A stretch of DNA of 64,000 bases from the human T2T-CHM13v2.0 reference genome, Homo sapiens: the NCBI RefSeq assembly GCF_009914755.1, contig NC_060928.1; one strand, given 5' to 3'. Every line of letters starts with the position of its first letter. Within the stretch, counting starts at the first letter, position 1. Of the stretch, positions 1-13,480 are shown piece by piece. The translations under genes were made by a program, and so were the position numbers. The notes beneath the pieces were generated by a model that had not been told where the DNA came from, searched no databases, and saw nothing but the letters and a program-made list of their open reading frames with translations.

Positions 1-731
1 TAGAGAATAACGGTAATGCAATGCATGCAGGACCACCAAATACTGAAAAAGAAAAGATTTGTCTTGCTCCAAGGGTTGAATAATAAGCTTAAAATGCTGG
101 CTGAGGGGGAAGTAACATGCAGATGAAGGAAAGAAACGAAGACTGACATAAGTATCAACAATTTCTTCCTTGCTTTTTTATGTATATATTTATATTGACT
201 AAGATTTTCAATTATTTGATCTAACCAGCCCCACTAAGATATTTTTCAATCATATTTGCTGGTGTTGTTAAAATTAGAATTTACTGGTGAGATTATAGAT
301 TATCTAAACAAGATTATGACTGAACCATAAGAAAAATCACTTAAAGGGATACAATGACTTATACAACATCTGAGGCCCTGTTTTCATTTATAGATGCTAT
401 AACAACATGGTATTGATGTGCTTATTTTTGTTACTGTTTTCATCAAGAAGCTTAAATATGGAGGGAAGGCATATATATGGAAACTGAATAAATAAAGTTA
501 GTCCCAGAGAGATGACATATGGGCTCATTGATACTGATATTACAGCCCTCTTAGAACACCTTCCAATAATTTAGAAGATGAAGTGTTTATAAGCAACATT
601 TTCCCATAGCTCCTTATAGCTAGAATTTCAGACATTATTCATACTCTTCCAGTCAGATACATTTTCAAAATTGATTTCATATTAACATAAATTGAAAAGA
701 GGTAGAGAAAAAGCAACATTTTTATGGCAGG

Positions 732-1102
732 TGTATTAGTTCATTCTAACACTACTAAAAAGGCATACCTGAGACTGGGTTATTTATAAAGAAAAGAGAT
801 TTAATGTGCTCATGGTTCTGTGGGCTGTATAGGCTTTGGCTTCTGGGGAGGCCTCAGGAATCTTAAAATCACGACAGAAGGTGAAAGGGAAGATGGTAAA
901 TCTTCACATGGCCTGCAGGAAAGAGAGAGAGGAAAGTGGGAGGTGCTACATATTTTCAAACAATCAGATCTGAGAGCTCTCATCACAACAGCAAGGGGAA
1001 GTCCTCTCCCATGATTCAATCACCTCACCCTCTCCTCCAACAACACTGGGAATTACCACAGTACATGAGATTTTGGTAGGGATGCAGAGCGAAACCATAT
1101 TA
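732..1102 (-). mobile_element. MaLR solo LTR, MST family (MSTA/MSTB-like)
   Basis: TGTATTAG...AAACCATATTA termini, typical MST body (CCTGAGACTGGGT, GGAGGCCTCAGGAA), 5-bp TSD GCAGG at 727-731 and 1103-1107. Confidence 0.9.
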
Positions 1103-2085
1103 GCAGGGATCCTTTACCAGATTGATGACCTTCTACCTGTTGCTGTTACTGATATTACTGCCTCCTGACTACAGCAGTGGTTTGCTGTATAGCTTGAGGA
1201 GTTTTTATTTCTGTAATTCTAAAATTACAAATTTACTTGAACAGTAAAGATCTATTTGTCTCAGTAATTAATTATGGACTTCTGCAATTTCAGTTGCTTT
1301 CAAAATTCTGCACAATAACTCCTTGTTAAAACTGAAGGAGGCTAATATATCGTCAGTGTCAAAAGCCATAAATAAATGTACTTATCATAGCCTAAAGGCA
1401 ATTCTACTGACATGAGTAGAAGCATTAGACAAGCTCCCATGAGAATAAATTCATGTCTTCTTATGTGAAGTATGTGAAAAATTGCAATTGCTCTAAGCTT
1501 CAGGAATACTTAGAAATAAAGGATACCATGAGACATTAAAGATAGTAATAAAATCAATTTTGTTAACTTCAAATTCATAAACTACTTCAAAATTGAAAGC
1601 AACAATGTAAATAATTTCTACAGATATGTTCTGTCAAGATACTGTAGATTTTCTTTAGTTATTTATTTATTTGTGCAGGTAGTAGTAAAATAATAAAAAC
1701 TTTTAGAACAATATTTAACACACAAACACACAGATTCTTTGTTAGATAGTACAAAAGGACCTCTACATTGTTTCATTATGTAGTATTTTTGAAAACATTC
1801 TTGGTAGTTGCTGTGTTTTAACTGAGTCTCGGTTAATTGTTAAGTGATTTCCTAATATGAGTTTTTGGTGGTGTCTCATGGAATTCCTAGTTTGTTACAG
1901 CAACGCTGCTTGGAATATTATCTCACTTCATCCCTCATACCATTTCAGGTTAACTCCTACTTTCCTTTCAAACCTTTACTCATGTAGCCACCTCCAAAAA
2001 AAAATCTCTTCATTTCTTGAAGAGAATTTTGAGTTGGTGCACAATTTACAAACTCCTGGAGTACCCTATTTGTATATTCTGTATA

Positions 2086-2410
2086 TAGCAGTCTCCCATT
2101 ATCTAAAGTTTTGCTTTTGTAATTTCAGTAACCTGCAGTCAACTGCAGTTAAAATATATTAAATAAAAAATTCCAGAAATAAACAATTTATAAGTTTTAA
2201 ATTGCATGTCATTCTGAGTACAATTGTTGTATTTTGTTATTAGTTATTGTTAATGTTTTATTGCACCAAATTTATAAAATAAACTTTATCATATGTATGT
2301 ATATAGATTAAAAAAACTTCCTGGACTACATTGAGTTTAGTGCTGTCTGTGGCTTCAGGCATCCACTGGGGTGTTAGAATATATCACTTGTGGATAAGGG
2401 TGGACTTCTG
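2086..2410. mobile_element. MER44-like (Tigger7, TcMar) non-autonomous DNA transposon
   Basis: Degenerate TIRs (CAGTCTCCCATTATC / GGATAAGGGTGGACTTCTG); internal AAATTCCAGAAATAAACAATT and CAGGCATCCACTGGGG match recalled MER44. Confidence 0.75.
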
Positions 2411-4024
2411 TGCATCTGAACACTGACTGGATTACTCTCGTAAGTTTCAACTTTCATCAGTTCCAAAATGCCAATTTCCTCTTTCCACGTTCATTTTTCA
2501 TCTTTACGTTCTTCCTTCTACCTCCTCTAATCAAATTCTTAGGTCACTGAGGTTTATATTGTGAGCATGCTAAACTGATTAAAGCAACGTAAACTATGAT
2601 ACGACGTCTCATTCCACAAAGAGGAGCTTTACAACTTTGGCATGGTACTTAACAAAAGATAATTTAAGTGCAAAAATCTTTTGGTTGTTCTCAATTGACA
2701 GAAACCACTATTGCATTACTTAATCTGGATCACTGGTGAAAACAATGTATGCAGTCAATATTCATTGCTTTACTAAATCTGTGAATACTGATCAAACATC
2801 AGCTGTTATAGATTCTGCTAGATAATGAGGTAGTGAACTCATTAGATATAAAAATTTATTGGAAAAGAGAAACCAATAAATAAGTAGACATTATAATAAG
2901 GGTACTATATAGAAAATTCAGATAAATCACAAAAATAAAAAAAACCCTGACAATTTGAGAATGATTGTGGCATATCAAAGTCAATGTTTGCACAGGCAAA
3001 GAAGATTGGAGTGATAAGAAATAAACTATTAGGAAAGGAAATTCATACAACTAATATAAATAGTCTAAATAGAGTAATGTATGCTATTTAATAAAAGAAT
3101 TCTGAGCACATTTTTCTCACATCTCAGAATTATTGTGGATAATGTGAATCCTTTTCTTATGTAAATTCCATTCCAATAAGAGAAATTTAAAAATTAAAAG
3201 AGGCTTTATCTTATTAAGGCTTTACTTGCAGATTTGAATTTGGTTTAATTAACTAACCAAAGATACATTTTTAACTTTTTGGTCATGGATTTACTTTACC
3301 TAGAGTCACTCTTTCAACACATGTTATATGTATATAGAGAGAACATTGGGTGAAGAGTATGCATCTTTAGTCTTAGTTATAACTTTGCCTCTAAATAGCT
3401 ACTTGGACTTAACACAAATCACTTCACATTTGAAGAAAAATTCACCATCTGCAAAATAAAGGAGATGAGTTATATGCTTTTTCCATTTCTAAAATTTGAT
3501 AATTGTATTAATTATATTACTGGATATACTTTAATATTTACACTAATCATAGTAATAGCATAAGAACTTTGATTATGATGTTTTTCTGGTGAAGATATAA
3601 TCTACAGAGAGAAACACAGGCATGACTGAAATATAATTAAGTAACACTAGGATATTTGCCATAGTATCTATCCCTACATCAATTATTATATTTCCTGTGG
3701 CCTCTATACATCCCTCCTCTCCATTCTTCACAGAATAAAACTCAAAGTCTTTGAACACATTGGAATAAAGGATTTCATCTTTAGTTTCCAACAAACTTAG
3801 TTTATTATAGATTCCCTCTGAGAACCTGAGCCAAATACAATTCTAAAGTAAAATTTTTTAAAATATTAATAAAATTAATGTTTTTTGTGAAATAAATAAT
3901 TTCCTACAGCAGCCTTGAAAAAATGAGTACCAAATAAGGTACCAGTTCTATCATATATTATTACCTATTTAACCAAAAGTTGTTAAAAAGGTTTATTTTG
4001 ATCTAAAAGTAGCTAGATAAATCA

Positions 4025-4530
4025 TAACAATTGTAACAAACAGTCACAAATCTTATAGAGTTATAAAAATCAGAATTTACTATTACTTGGGAATCTATTA
4101 GTCAACTGAGTTGTTCTGTTCAGCTTTTTCAGGCTCAGATCATCTTGGCTGGGGTCACTCATGCATATAATGTGTCAACTGGGCATATCTACTGTAAGAT
4201 AGCTACATCACATGTGTAGTAGCTGGTTGTCTCTTTGGCTGGTGTCAGTTAGTATAAGCTATCTTATCAACATTGCCTCATAATGCAGCAGGCTAGCGCT
4301 GGCTTCCTTAAGCAGGTTAACACATGACAGCAGGATTCTCAGAGTCAGTGGAAACTAAAAAGACCTTTTGAACCTGGGCAAAAAATGGCAGAACAACCGT
4401 TCTCTCCTATTATATTTTTCAAATCAAGTCACAAGCCAGCTCCAATTTATAGTGTAGAGAATAGACACCACCCCTTTATTAGTTGCAGCTACAAAGTAAC
4501 ATTGCAAAGATTGTGAATATAGACCATTTA
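4025..4530 (-). mobile_element. Old MaLR LTR (MLT1-like)
   Basis: Degenerate MLT1 motifs (TGTAACAAAC, GGCTGGGGTCACTCATGC, CAAGTCACAAGCCAGC); boundaries approximate. Confidence 0.5.
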
Positions 4531-4928
4531 TAAATTGAGACTTTTTGTAAGCTACTAACTGCTAAGATTAAGAAGAAAATACATAACACAGAAAAGAAAG
4601 AAAGCTATCAAAGATATTAAAAACAATACAATATTCAATAAAAATATTAAATGAAAAATATATTGTTCTGATATTGGGTTAAATTTGGAAATTTTAATTT
4701 TGTACATATAAGCATGTTATATATATCACATATCATTTATACATATATTTATATCTTTCTCTCACAAGAACAAAATAATAGTAATCTAAATGGTAAGGCA
4801 GCACATTGTTATTTGGAAGAAATGAAAGATGTATGCCATCTCTAAACAACATTGAGAAAAAGGAAACAAAGGCTTAAGTGAGTTTGAGCTTCAGCCAACT
4901 CACTCATCTGGAAATACAGAAATATTAA

Positions 4929-5288
<360 letters not shown>

Positions 5289-7689
5289 ACTAAGTCTTAA
5301 TTACAAATTTGATTTCCAATTAATTTGAGACAGGGATTCACTGTCTCAAATTGATAATTTTTGTTTAATGTTGAAGAGCTCTTCATAATATAACTCAAAC
5401 AAGATCGTCACAAATTCTGTTGCGTTTTAGAAAATTTACCTATTTCTTACACTCTTCATATTAATGATAGCATTGTTTTACTTCAAAAACCACTGCTAAA
5501 ACGTTGACCATTCAGAGTATTGTTTTTTAAGACAAAGTTAAAATAAAAAGGGCTTCAGAAATTTTGAGTAAAACTTCTGGAGGGGAATCAAAATTAAAAA
5601 GGGTTGCAATCAAGATATTTTCTATAATTTATGGAACAATAATTTAGGATATAATACAATTTAGTTGAGACTGAATTGAATGAGTAAATTCTGCCAGATA
5701 TTTTACTCAAACAGTTACGTCTAATTCTTATAATAGCATTTTGAATTAATTACTATTACCTGTACCATTTTGAAAATAGAGAGTATGTGTATCAAAGAGT
5801 TTAAGTAACTTGTCAAGTTTCCACAGTTGAGAAGAACTAGGACTTATCAAAACATACTATATGAAATATATTTTCTTGTTTACCTTTTTTTTTTTTACAT
5901 ACTCAAATATAGGCAGTAACCCTTTGGCTCCTTCCAATATACCATTCACATAGAAATCCCTTCACCTTCTTCATTACAGAAATAATGTCCCTAAACACAG
6001 CATATACTTTGAAATTAACAACTCAAGGTCGGAAGAAGTGTCACACATTCAGCCATCATTCAGTTATTCAGCAATGAGACACTATTCAAACTTCATTAAT
6101 ATATAAAGGAGGCAACAAGATTTATGGTAGTACTCATTGTGAAAAAATACTGAATAGTACTGAAAATAAATGTTGATTTCCTCAAGAAATTGAGAGATGA
6201 TTATGAACTGAAATATTGCTGTGGAAATCTCAGATCTGAGCCAAATCCAAAAGACCTAAACATTTCAAAGATGAAGCAAAGGTAGAGTTGATGAGTTAGT
6301 GCCCTTAGTGTAACTGATTTGTTTGTTTTTACAATGCCTGGGTAATAATAAAAGAAGTTTAGGTGAGGAACAAAAAGGCATTGCAACTTCATTACTATGT
6401 CTGATTGTGGAGAGAAACTAAGATGTAGGCTGAGGTCAGAGTATCCTCTTGTGATGATCTTTGGTCAAATTTATTTCAGAAAACAAAACTACATAGCTAT
6501 GCATATTGAGATGGAAGATTAAGAATAACCCCTAGATGCACATGGGAATATTTTATGCTCCAAAATGTAGGTTAATAAATGATTTATAAATTATATATAT
6601 ACATATATATTTTATGAATGAGAGTCAACACTCATATTCACAGATCCTGCCTAACCTGAAAGTGTCAATATAATTGTATTATTTATCTTACATCTCAACT
6701 TAAGCTTTTTCTTCCATAAAAATATGCTAAAGATACCCGTGTTTTCTAAGAAGATGAGAAATGAATTATACAATTGGATAAAAGTAAGTATTGGATGAGT
6801 TCTGCTTTCTCAGACCTTCCTTTTCTTCTTGGGGTGCTTTTGCTTTCAAAGGGCAAATGTTCTGCTCTGTACTTACATCTCATAAATTTAAATTATTAAA
6901 GACTACCCTATAAAAAGAGGCCTGCAGTTATCTAACAAACTTCTGACTAAGTGAGCCTGCTCAATTGTGGTCCTGAATGAGGAAGCCCAATGTTGCCACA
7001 TGCTTAAGTTATAACCTTGCCTCTATCAGTTAAAAAGAAAAACAATATTTTGATCTCGATCTGCCCGACTTCTATGTCTGTTTCTTACTGCTTTAAAACT
7101 CAGAGAGAGAAGATAGGTGCTATTTACTGGGTACTTTTAAAATCTACAGACACTAAATTTGTAAATTATTCACTATTTACTCTATGTTGTCAGAGATGGA
7201 AATTTGTACACAGCTGAGTATTAGGAGTTTAAACTTTTAGTTAAGACTACTAACTGATCCAAGAGACCAGGAGGCAAGGAAGGTAGACACCATTTTGCTC
7301 AGGAAAACTGACCTTCATTATCAATAGAAGGAAGGACTGAGGCTAAAAATGCCATCAGAAAAGAATGTGCTTGGCACCTTGATTGATTCTTTGGATGATC
7401 TTTTGAAAGATTCTGCTCAGGCTTTATGGCAAATGGACCAATAAAGCAGCCACTGACTGGGAAAGATATGACCAGGGTCAAAAAACCCTCAGGAATAAAA
7501 GTCTGGGTGAACAAACATAGTAAGGCATGTAGACCCCCAAAACATTACCAGGTAAGGGCAAATAAATTGGCATTAGACATTAGGGATAAAAGATTTGCAT
7601 GCTAGTTGCAACTCAGACCAGCTTCAGTGAGGTTTTCCTAGAAAAAGGAACCAGTCAGAATCCTGGTACAGCTATTCCGAGATGAGATA

Positions 7690-8010
7690 AACATTATATG
7701 AAGCCAGCGGGTGCTGCGGTTTACCACACCATTCCTCCTCTAGTCCCAAGGTACTCATTTCTTTTCCCAAGGCTAAGATTGATACCTGAGGTATGCCTGT
7801 ATCTTGTAAATGATAGATGAAGGGATACAAAAGCTCATCTCCTTGCTTTAATTTGAGAAATATGTTAACGTCTTCCCAGGTTCCTAACTGTCCGTGAGAT
7901 CGACAAGGCTTGTGTTGAGGCCACCCAACTCCTCCTGCTTCCCAACTCCTCCTGCTTCCCTACTCCTTCGTAGAGACTATTCTCTAGAGTATTTTCTAAT
8001 ATTAGAAATC
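7690..8010 (+). mobile_element. ERVL LTR16-like remnant
   Basis: GGGATACAAAAGCTC...CCTTGC and CCTGCTTCCC...ACTCC resemble LTR16; contains a short tandem duplication (ACTCCTCCTGCTTCCC x2). Confidence 0.45.
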
Positions 8011-8399
8011 TAAAGTCTTTGAAATTATTGCTTGTTGGGCTAACAGTTTTTAATTAATTTTGTATTCAAAGACCATTTTCATATTCTTCTGTCCGGGTAC
8101 TAAGAACTGATATTTTTGTTTTTCTCACTTAATATAGAATTGGTTACTGGTTATATAATGCATTTTAATACACAGATCATAGAGCATTTAAGGGAGTCAC
8201 TATGAGAAAAGAATGGAACATCTGTTTAGATAGAAACAGTTAATTGCAAAGATTACAAAACTCAAGAAAGAAAAAATCAACTTTATTACATCAAATATAT
8301 TATACATATTATGTATATATTATTTATAATGTATGTTATATAAAACATATTGTATAGCCTATTATATAGCATTATTATGAAATGTGCATTTGCAGCCAA

Positions 8400-9152
8400 A
8401 TAGCTCTATCTCCCATCCTGTGAAATAGAGGAAGTCAGAGAGTCTTTCTCTATTTCTTCTATCTCCTTCCCCTTCAGTTCAGACTTGTATGTTTTCTGCT
8501 GAATTGGCTGATTAAGTTAGTGATTTACACTCATGTTAATCTCCTTATCAAACTGTTCCTTGGCCATACTTATTATTTGCAATAGGGATTAACTGAGAAT
8601 ATTTTAAATCTTTAAGTTCAAGTTCCCTTTTGCTTAAAAATACTCATTTCAAGTTATTTCTCTTCTTGCATTTTACTACAAGCAGTCAAGAGGAACCAAG
8701 CTACTCCTTTAACACTTGGCTTAGAAATGTCCTCAACTAAATATCCAGTTTCATCACTTACAAGTTCTACTGTCCACAAAACATTAAAACAGAAATGCAA
8801 TTCAGGCAACTTTGCTACTTTGTGACAAGGATAATCTTTTTTTCATTATCCAATAATATGTTACTCATTCTCATCTGAGACTTCATCAGAATTGCCTTTA
8901 CTGCCCATAATTATATCAACATTGGGTACATGATTATTTATCTATTCTGTAAGAAGATGCAAGTTTTCTCTAAGCTCTCTTTTCTTTCTGAGCCCTCACC
9001 AGTATTGCTTTTAAAAATCCTTTTATGACAATCTCAGTTTCTTCTAGCATGTACTTCAAAATTCTTCTCCAATACTCATTATCCAGTTCCAAAACCGCTT
9101 TCACGGCTTTAGATAATTGTTACAGCAGCACTTCCCTTTTGGTACTCATTTA
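8400..9152 (-). mobile_element. MaLR internal segment (MLT1-int) attached to the adjacent LTR
   Basis: MaLR-int motifs (TTAGAAATGTCCTC, CTGAGACTTCATCAG, CCAGTTCCAAAACCGCTTTCAC, TACAGCAGCAC) run directly into the LTR at 9153; left boundary approximate. Confidence 0.7.
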
Positions 9153-9513
9153 TGTCTTAGTTCTAGATGTTATAACAGGATACCATAGACTGGTGCTTTG
9201 AACAACAAGTGAATATATCTTACAGTCCTGGAGACTGAAAGTCTAGAACAAGTTGCCAGTATGGTAGACTCTTAGTGAAGGCCCTCTTCCTAGTTTACAG
9301 ACAATCATAGTCTTGTGTGCTCATATGATACAAAGGGAACTAGCTAACTCTCTGGCCTCTTCTTTTAAGAGCACTAATTCCTTTCATGAGGGCTCTACCC
9401 TTATGAAGGTAACCTAATTGCCTCCTAAAGGTCTCCCTCCTCCAAAAATCATTACACTGAGATTAGGGTTTCAAAATATGAATTTGGTGGTCACAAATAT
9501 CCGCTCTATTGCA
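9153..9513 (-). mobile_element. MLT1A-like LTR
   Basis: TGTCTTAG start, ATACCATAGACTGG, GCACTAATTCCTTTCATGAGGGCTCTACCCT, ends ...TATTGCA. Confidence 0.8.
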
Positions 9514-9805
9514 ATTGGCTTACATGAATCACTATCTCCTTTTTCTAGCTCATGGACACCCTTCCTGAATACATGGAAGAAATAAGGCAATGACACTTGG
9601 AATAAAATGTGACTTAAAACAATAAGAAATGGACAATAAAATAGATGTATATAGGCAAATAGCTATGTCTTCAATAGGGAAGATCTTAATATATTATTAA
9701 ATCAACAGTGTTAATTATATTGATTTTACTGTTCAAGTCTTCAATACATTTGTAAATTTTTTGGAGGGTTTGCTTTATCAGTTTTTGGAGGAAAGAGAGA
9801 GAGAT

Positions 9806-9807
<2 letters not shown>

Positions 9808-9846
<39 letters not shown>
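9808..9846. repeat. (TG)n microsatellite, about 19 perfect units, inside a degraded antisense L1 fragment (about 9680-9960)
   Basis: Read directly from the sequence. Confidence 0.97.
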
Positions 9847-9848
<2 letters not shown>

Positions 9849-10445
9849 TTTTCTATAATTATAGATTTACTTATTTCTTCTGGGTATTTTGTCCACTTGA
9901 TTTTGAACAAACTGAATTTTGTTAGAAATATAAAAGTTATGGTAGCAATTATGCCTGATGGGGTTTTATTGTAGAAAGATCATATTCTAATGTATTAATC
10001 TTTGTTTTTTTGGGTTCATATTTATTTAAGTTACATTTTTCATTTAGTCAAAGGCATCTGTATTATCTAGAGAGGTAGAATGATCAACTGATAATATGGA
10101 GAATTTGTCAATGTTAGATTATTTGGCTTGCGAAATCGTTTTTTTGAAAATGAAAATGGAAGGGCTAGGACAAGAGAAATGTAGAGTTTATAACAAAACA
10201 ACAAAATTTGAAAGCAAATATTGGTAGGATATTTTTCCCTGGAAAATAAAATAAAATTACCTGACCTGAGAAACATGAAAAAAAAATGAGACTATTAGGT
10301 AGATGTAGAAGGACCCGACGGAAATTGTGTCAGGCAATTCACAAAGTTACAAATGAACATGGTACATCTTGGTAGAATACCAATCTTACTTGAACCTCTA
10401 AGGTATTATATTAAATAAGTTGACTGCCAAAAAATACTCACCTTT

Positions 10446-10756
<311 letters not shown>

Positions 10757-11205
10757 TTATCAGTATATTTGAAAGAATACCTCATGGATGTGATGCAAAA
10801 TTCAAAGATGTTTTTAATGTAAAACAAATAAAAATATAAAAGATTTCTTAATAATTGTTGCTCTGATTCATGTTACTACCATGTAATTACTATCTGAATT
10901 TATAACATATTAATATTAACCTCATTTAACTTGAGACGCTTGGTATAGTCTGAAAATGTGCTGACTTAGATACCTTCAAAACCGTCCTACTAGTAAGAAA
11001 CTTAAAATGGTAAATACACATAACATTCTTTTAAATTGAGATGTTATCTCACAATATAGTCAGTAAAATCCTCATGATTGAAAATTGTTTTAAAAATCTA
11101 TCCCTTTAATCAAGGATTAACTACAATAGGAATTTTCCTCCTATCTTAAATATATAGAATACTAAAAAGCATATAAAACAAGTGTTTTTAGAATGGTCAG
11201 CATGT

Positions 11206-11807
<602 letters not shown>

Positions 11808-12837
11808 CTAAAGGGTCATGCCCTATCATTGGTGACACATTAGCATAAAGGTAAAGAGTATTATAGACACACTTAAGCAAGCTTAAAAGATATCTCTAAA
11901 AGATAAAACTAATCTGCAGTAATTTATGTATAATTATGTAAAACAAAGTACAATACTCTTTGAATTGTAGCAGTCAAAACATAATTCCGTGATTTACAGC
12001 ATCCAAACAAATATCAGGTATGTGAAGCAAGAAAATGTGAAGAGAAAACAGAAAAAAAGTAAATTAATAGAAATCATAGAGAAAATGAATAATCAGATGC
12101 AAACTTTAAAATACCTATTATAAATATTATTACTATGCTCAATGACATAAAAGAAAACTTGAACATGAGAAATGAAAGATATATAAAAGCATGAATGAAA
12201 TTTCTACATATTAAATATAAAATATTTGAGATTTAAAAAATGAACGGAGTTTGGTTATTACAAAAAATATGATATTGCAGAATAAAATGTCAGTGAGCCT
12301 GAAGACATACCAACAGACATTTTTCAAAATGAAAAAGCAAGACTGAGAATAATTTTTTTAAAAAAAGGAACAGACCTACAGTGACCTGTGGAATACATGC
12401 ATACTGTTGAAATTCTACAATGAAGATGGGGAAAAAAAGAAAAAGAAATTTTAATGATGACCATAACTTTTTAAAATATGATGTAAATTATAAAAATCCC
12501 AGATGTAAGAAGGTAAAAAGTCAGTTTAAGTAGAATAAACATAAAATAAACCACAAGAGAGAATAAACATAAAATAAATCACACCAAGTACATCAAATTA
12601 CTGAAAATAATTGATAGAGAAAACCTATTAAAACAGCCAGAAAATAATAATAAAAACAAACACAGATAGAGGAGGAATGGCAAGAATTAAAATACCCAGA
12701 ATTCTATATCCAGTAAAAGTATTTTTAAAAACTGAACATAAAGATGTTTTGGAGATCGGAGAGACTTTTTTGTCATTTGACTAGTACTATAAGGAAGTTT
12801 GCGAAAGTTCTTCTAGAAAAAGAAAATAATAAATGCA

Positions 12838-13146
12838 GGCCAGACACAATGGCTCATTCCTGTAATCCCAACACTTTGGGAGGCCGAGGTGGGCAGATCA
12901 CTTCAGTCCAGGAGTTCAAAACCAACTGGGCAGCATGGCAAAACTCAGTCTCTACAAAACTACCAAGAAATTAGTCAAGCATGGTAGCCTGTGCTTGTAG
13001 TCTCCGCTATTCAGGAGGCTTAGCTGGAGCATCGCCTGAGCCTGGAAGGTCAAGGCTACAGTGAACCGTGATTGTCCCACTGCACTCCAACCTGGGTGAC
13101 AGACTGAGACCCTGTCTCACAAAAAATAAAAATAAAAAACAAGAAA
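12838..13146 (+). mobile_element. AluJ
   Basis: Highly diverged dimer with J diagnostics (GGTCAAGGCTACAGTGA, GAGACCCTGTCTC). Confidence 0.9.
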
Positions 13147-13177
13147 CAACAATTTCCTTGATGCAAGTTGTCTAAAC

Positions 13178-13480
13178 CAGGACTTCTCAATATGAAAATT
13201 ATTTGAGTCACAAATATAATTTTAAATTTTCTATTACCTGCATTAGAAAAAAAAGATTATTTGATGTCACTATTATATTCTAAACAAATATTTTAAAGAT
13301 TATTTCAAAATATCAAAATAAAAATTATTAATAACATGTATTACGTTTTTTATAAATTATTGAAAGCTGGAGTATATTTTATACTTATAGCACCTATCTA
13401 AGATACCAATGTAGGCTAGCAACACTTTAAAAAGCTCAACAGCCACATGTGGCTAGTGGCTATCATGTGGAATAGTACAG
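13178..13480. mobile_element. MER33 (hAT-Charlie) DNA transposon
   Basis: TAATTTTAAATTTTCTA and GCTCAACAGCCACATGTGGCTAGTGGCTA motifs. Confidence 0.8.

Noticed and set aside
1857-2162. 101-aa ORF
   Set aside because: Runs into a MER44-like element, with no recognisable homology or exon structure
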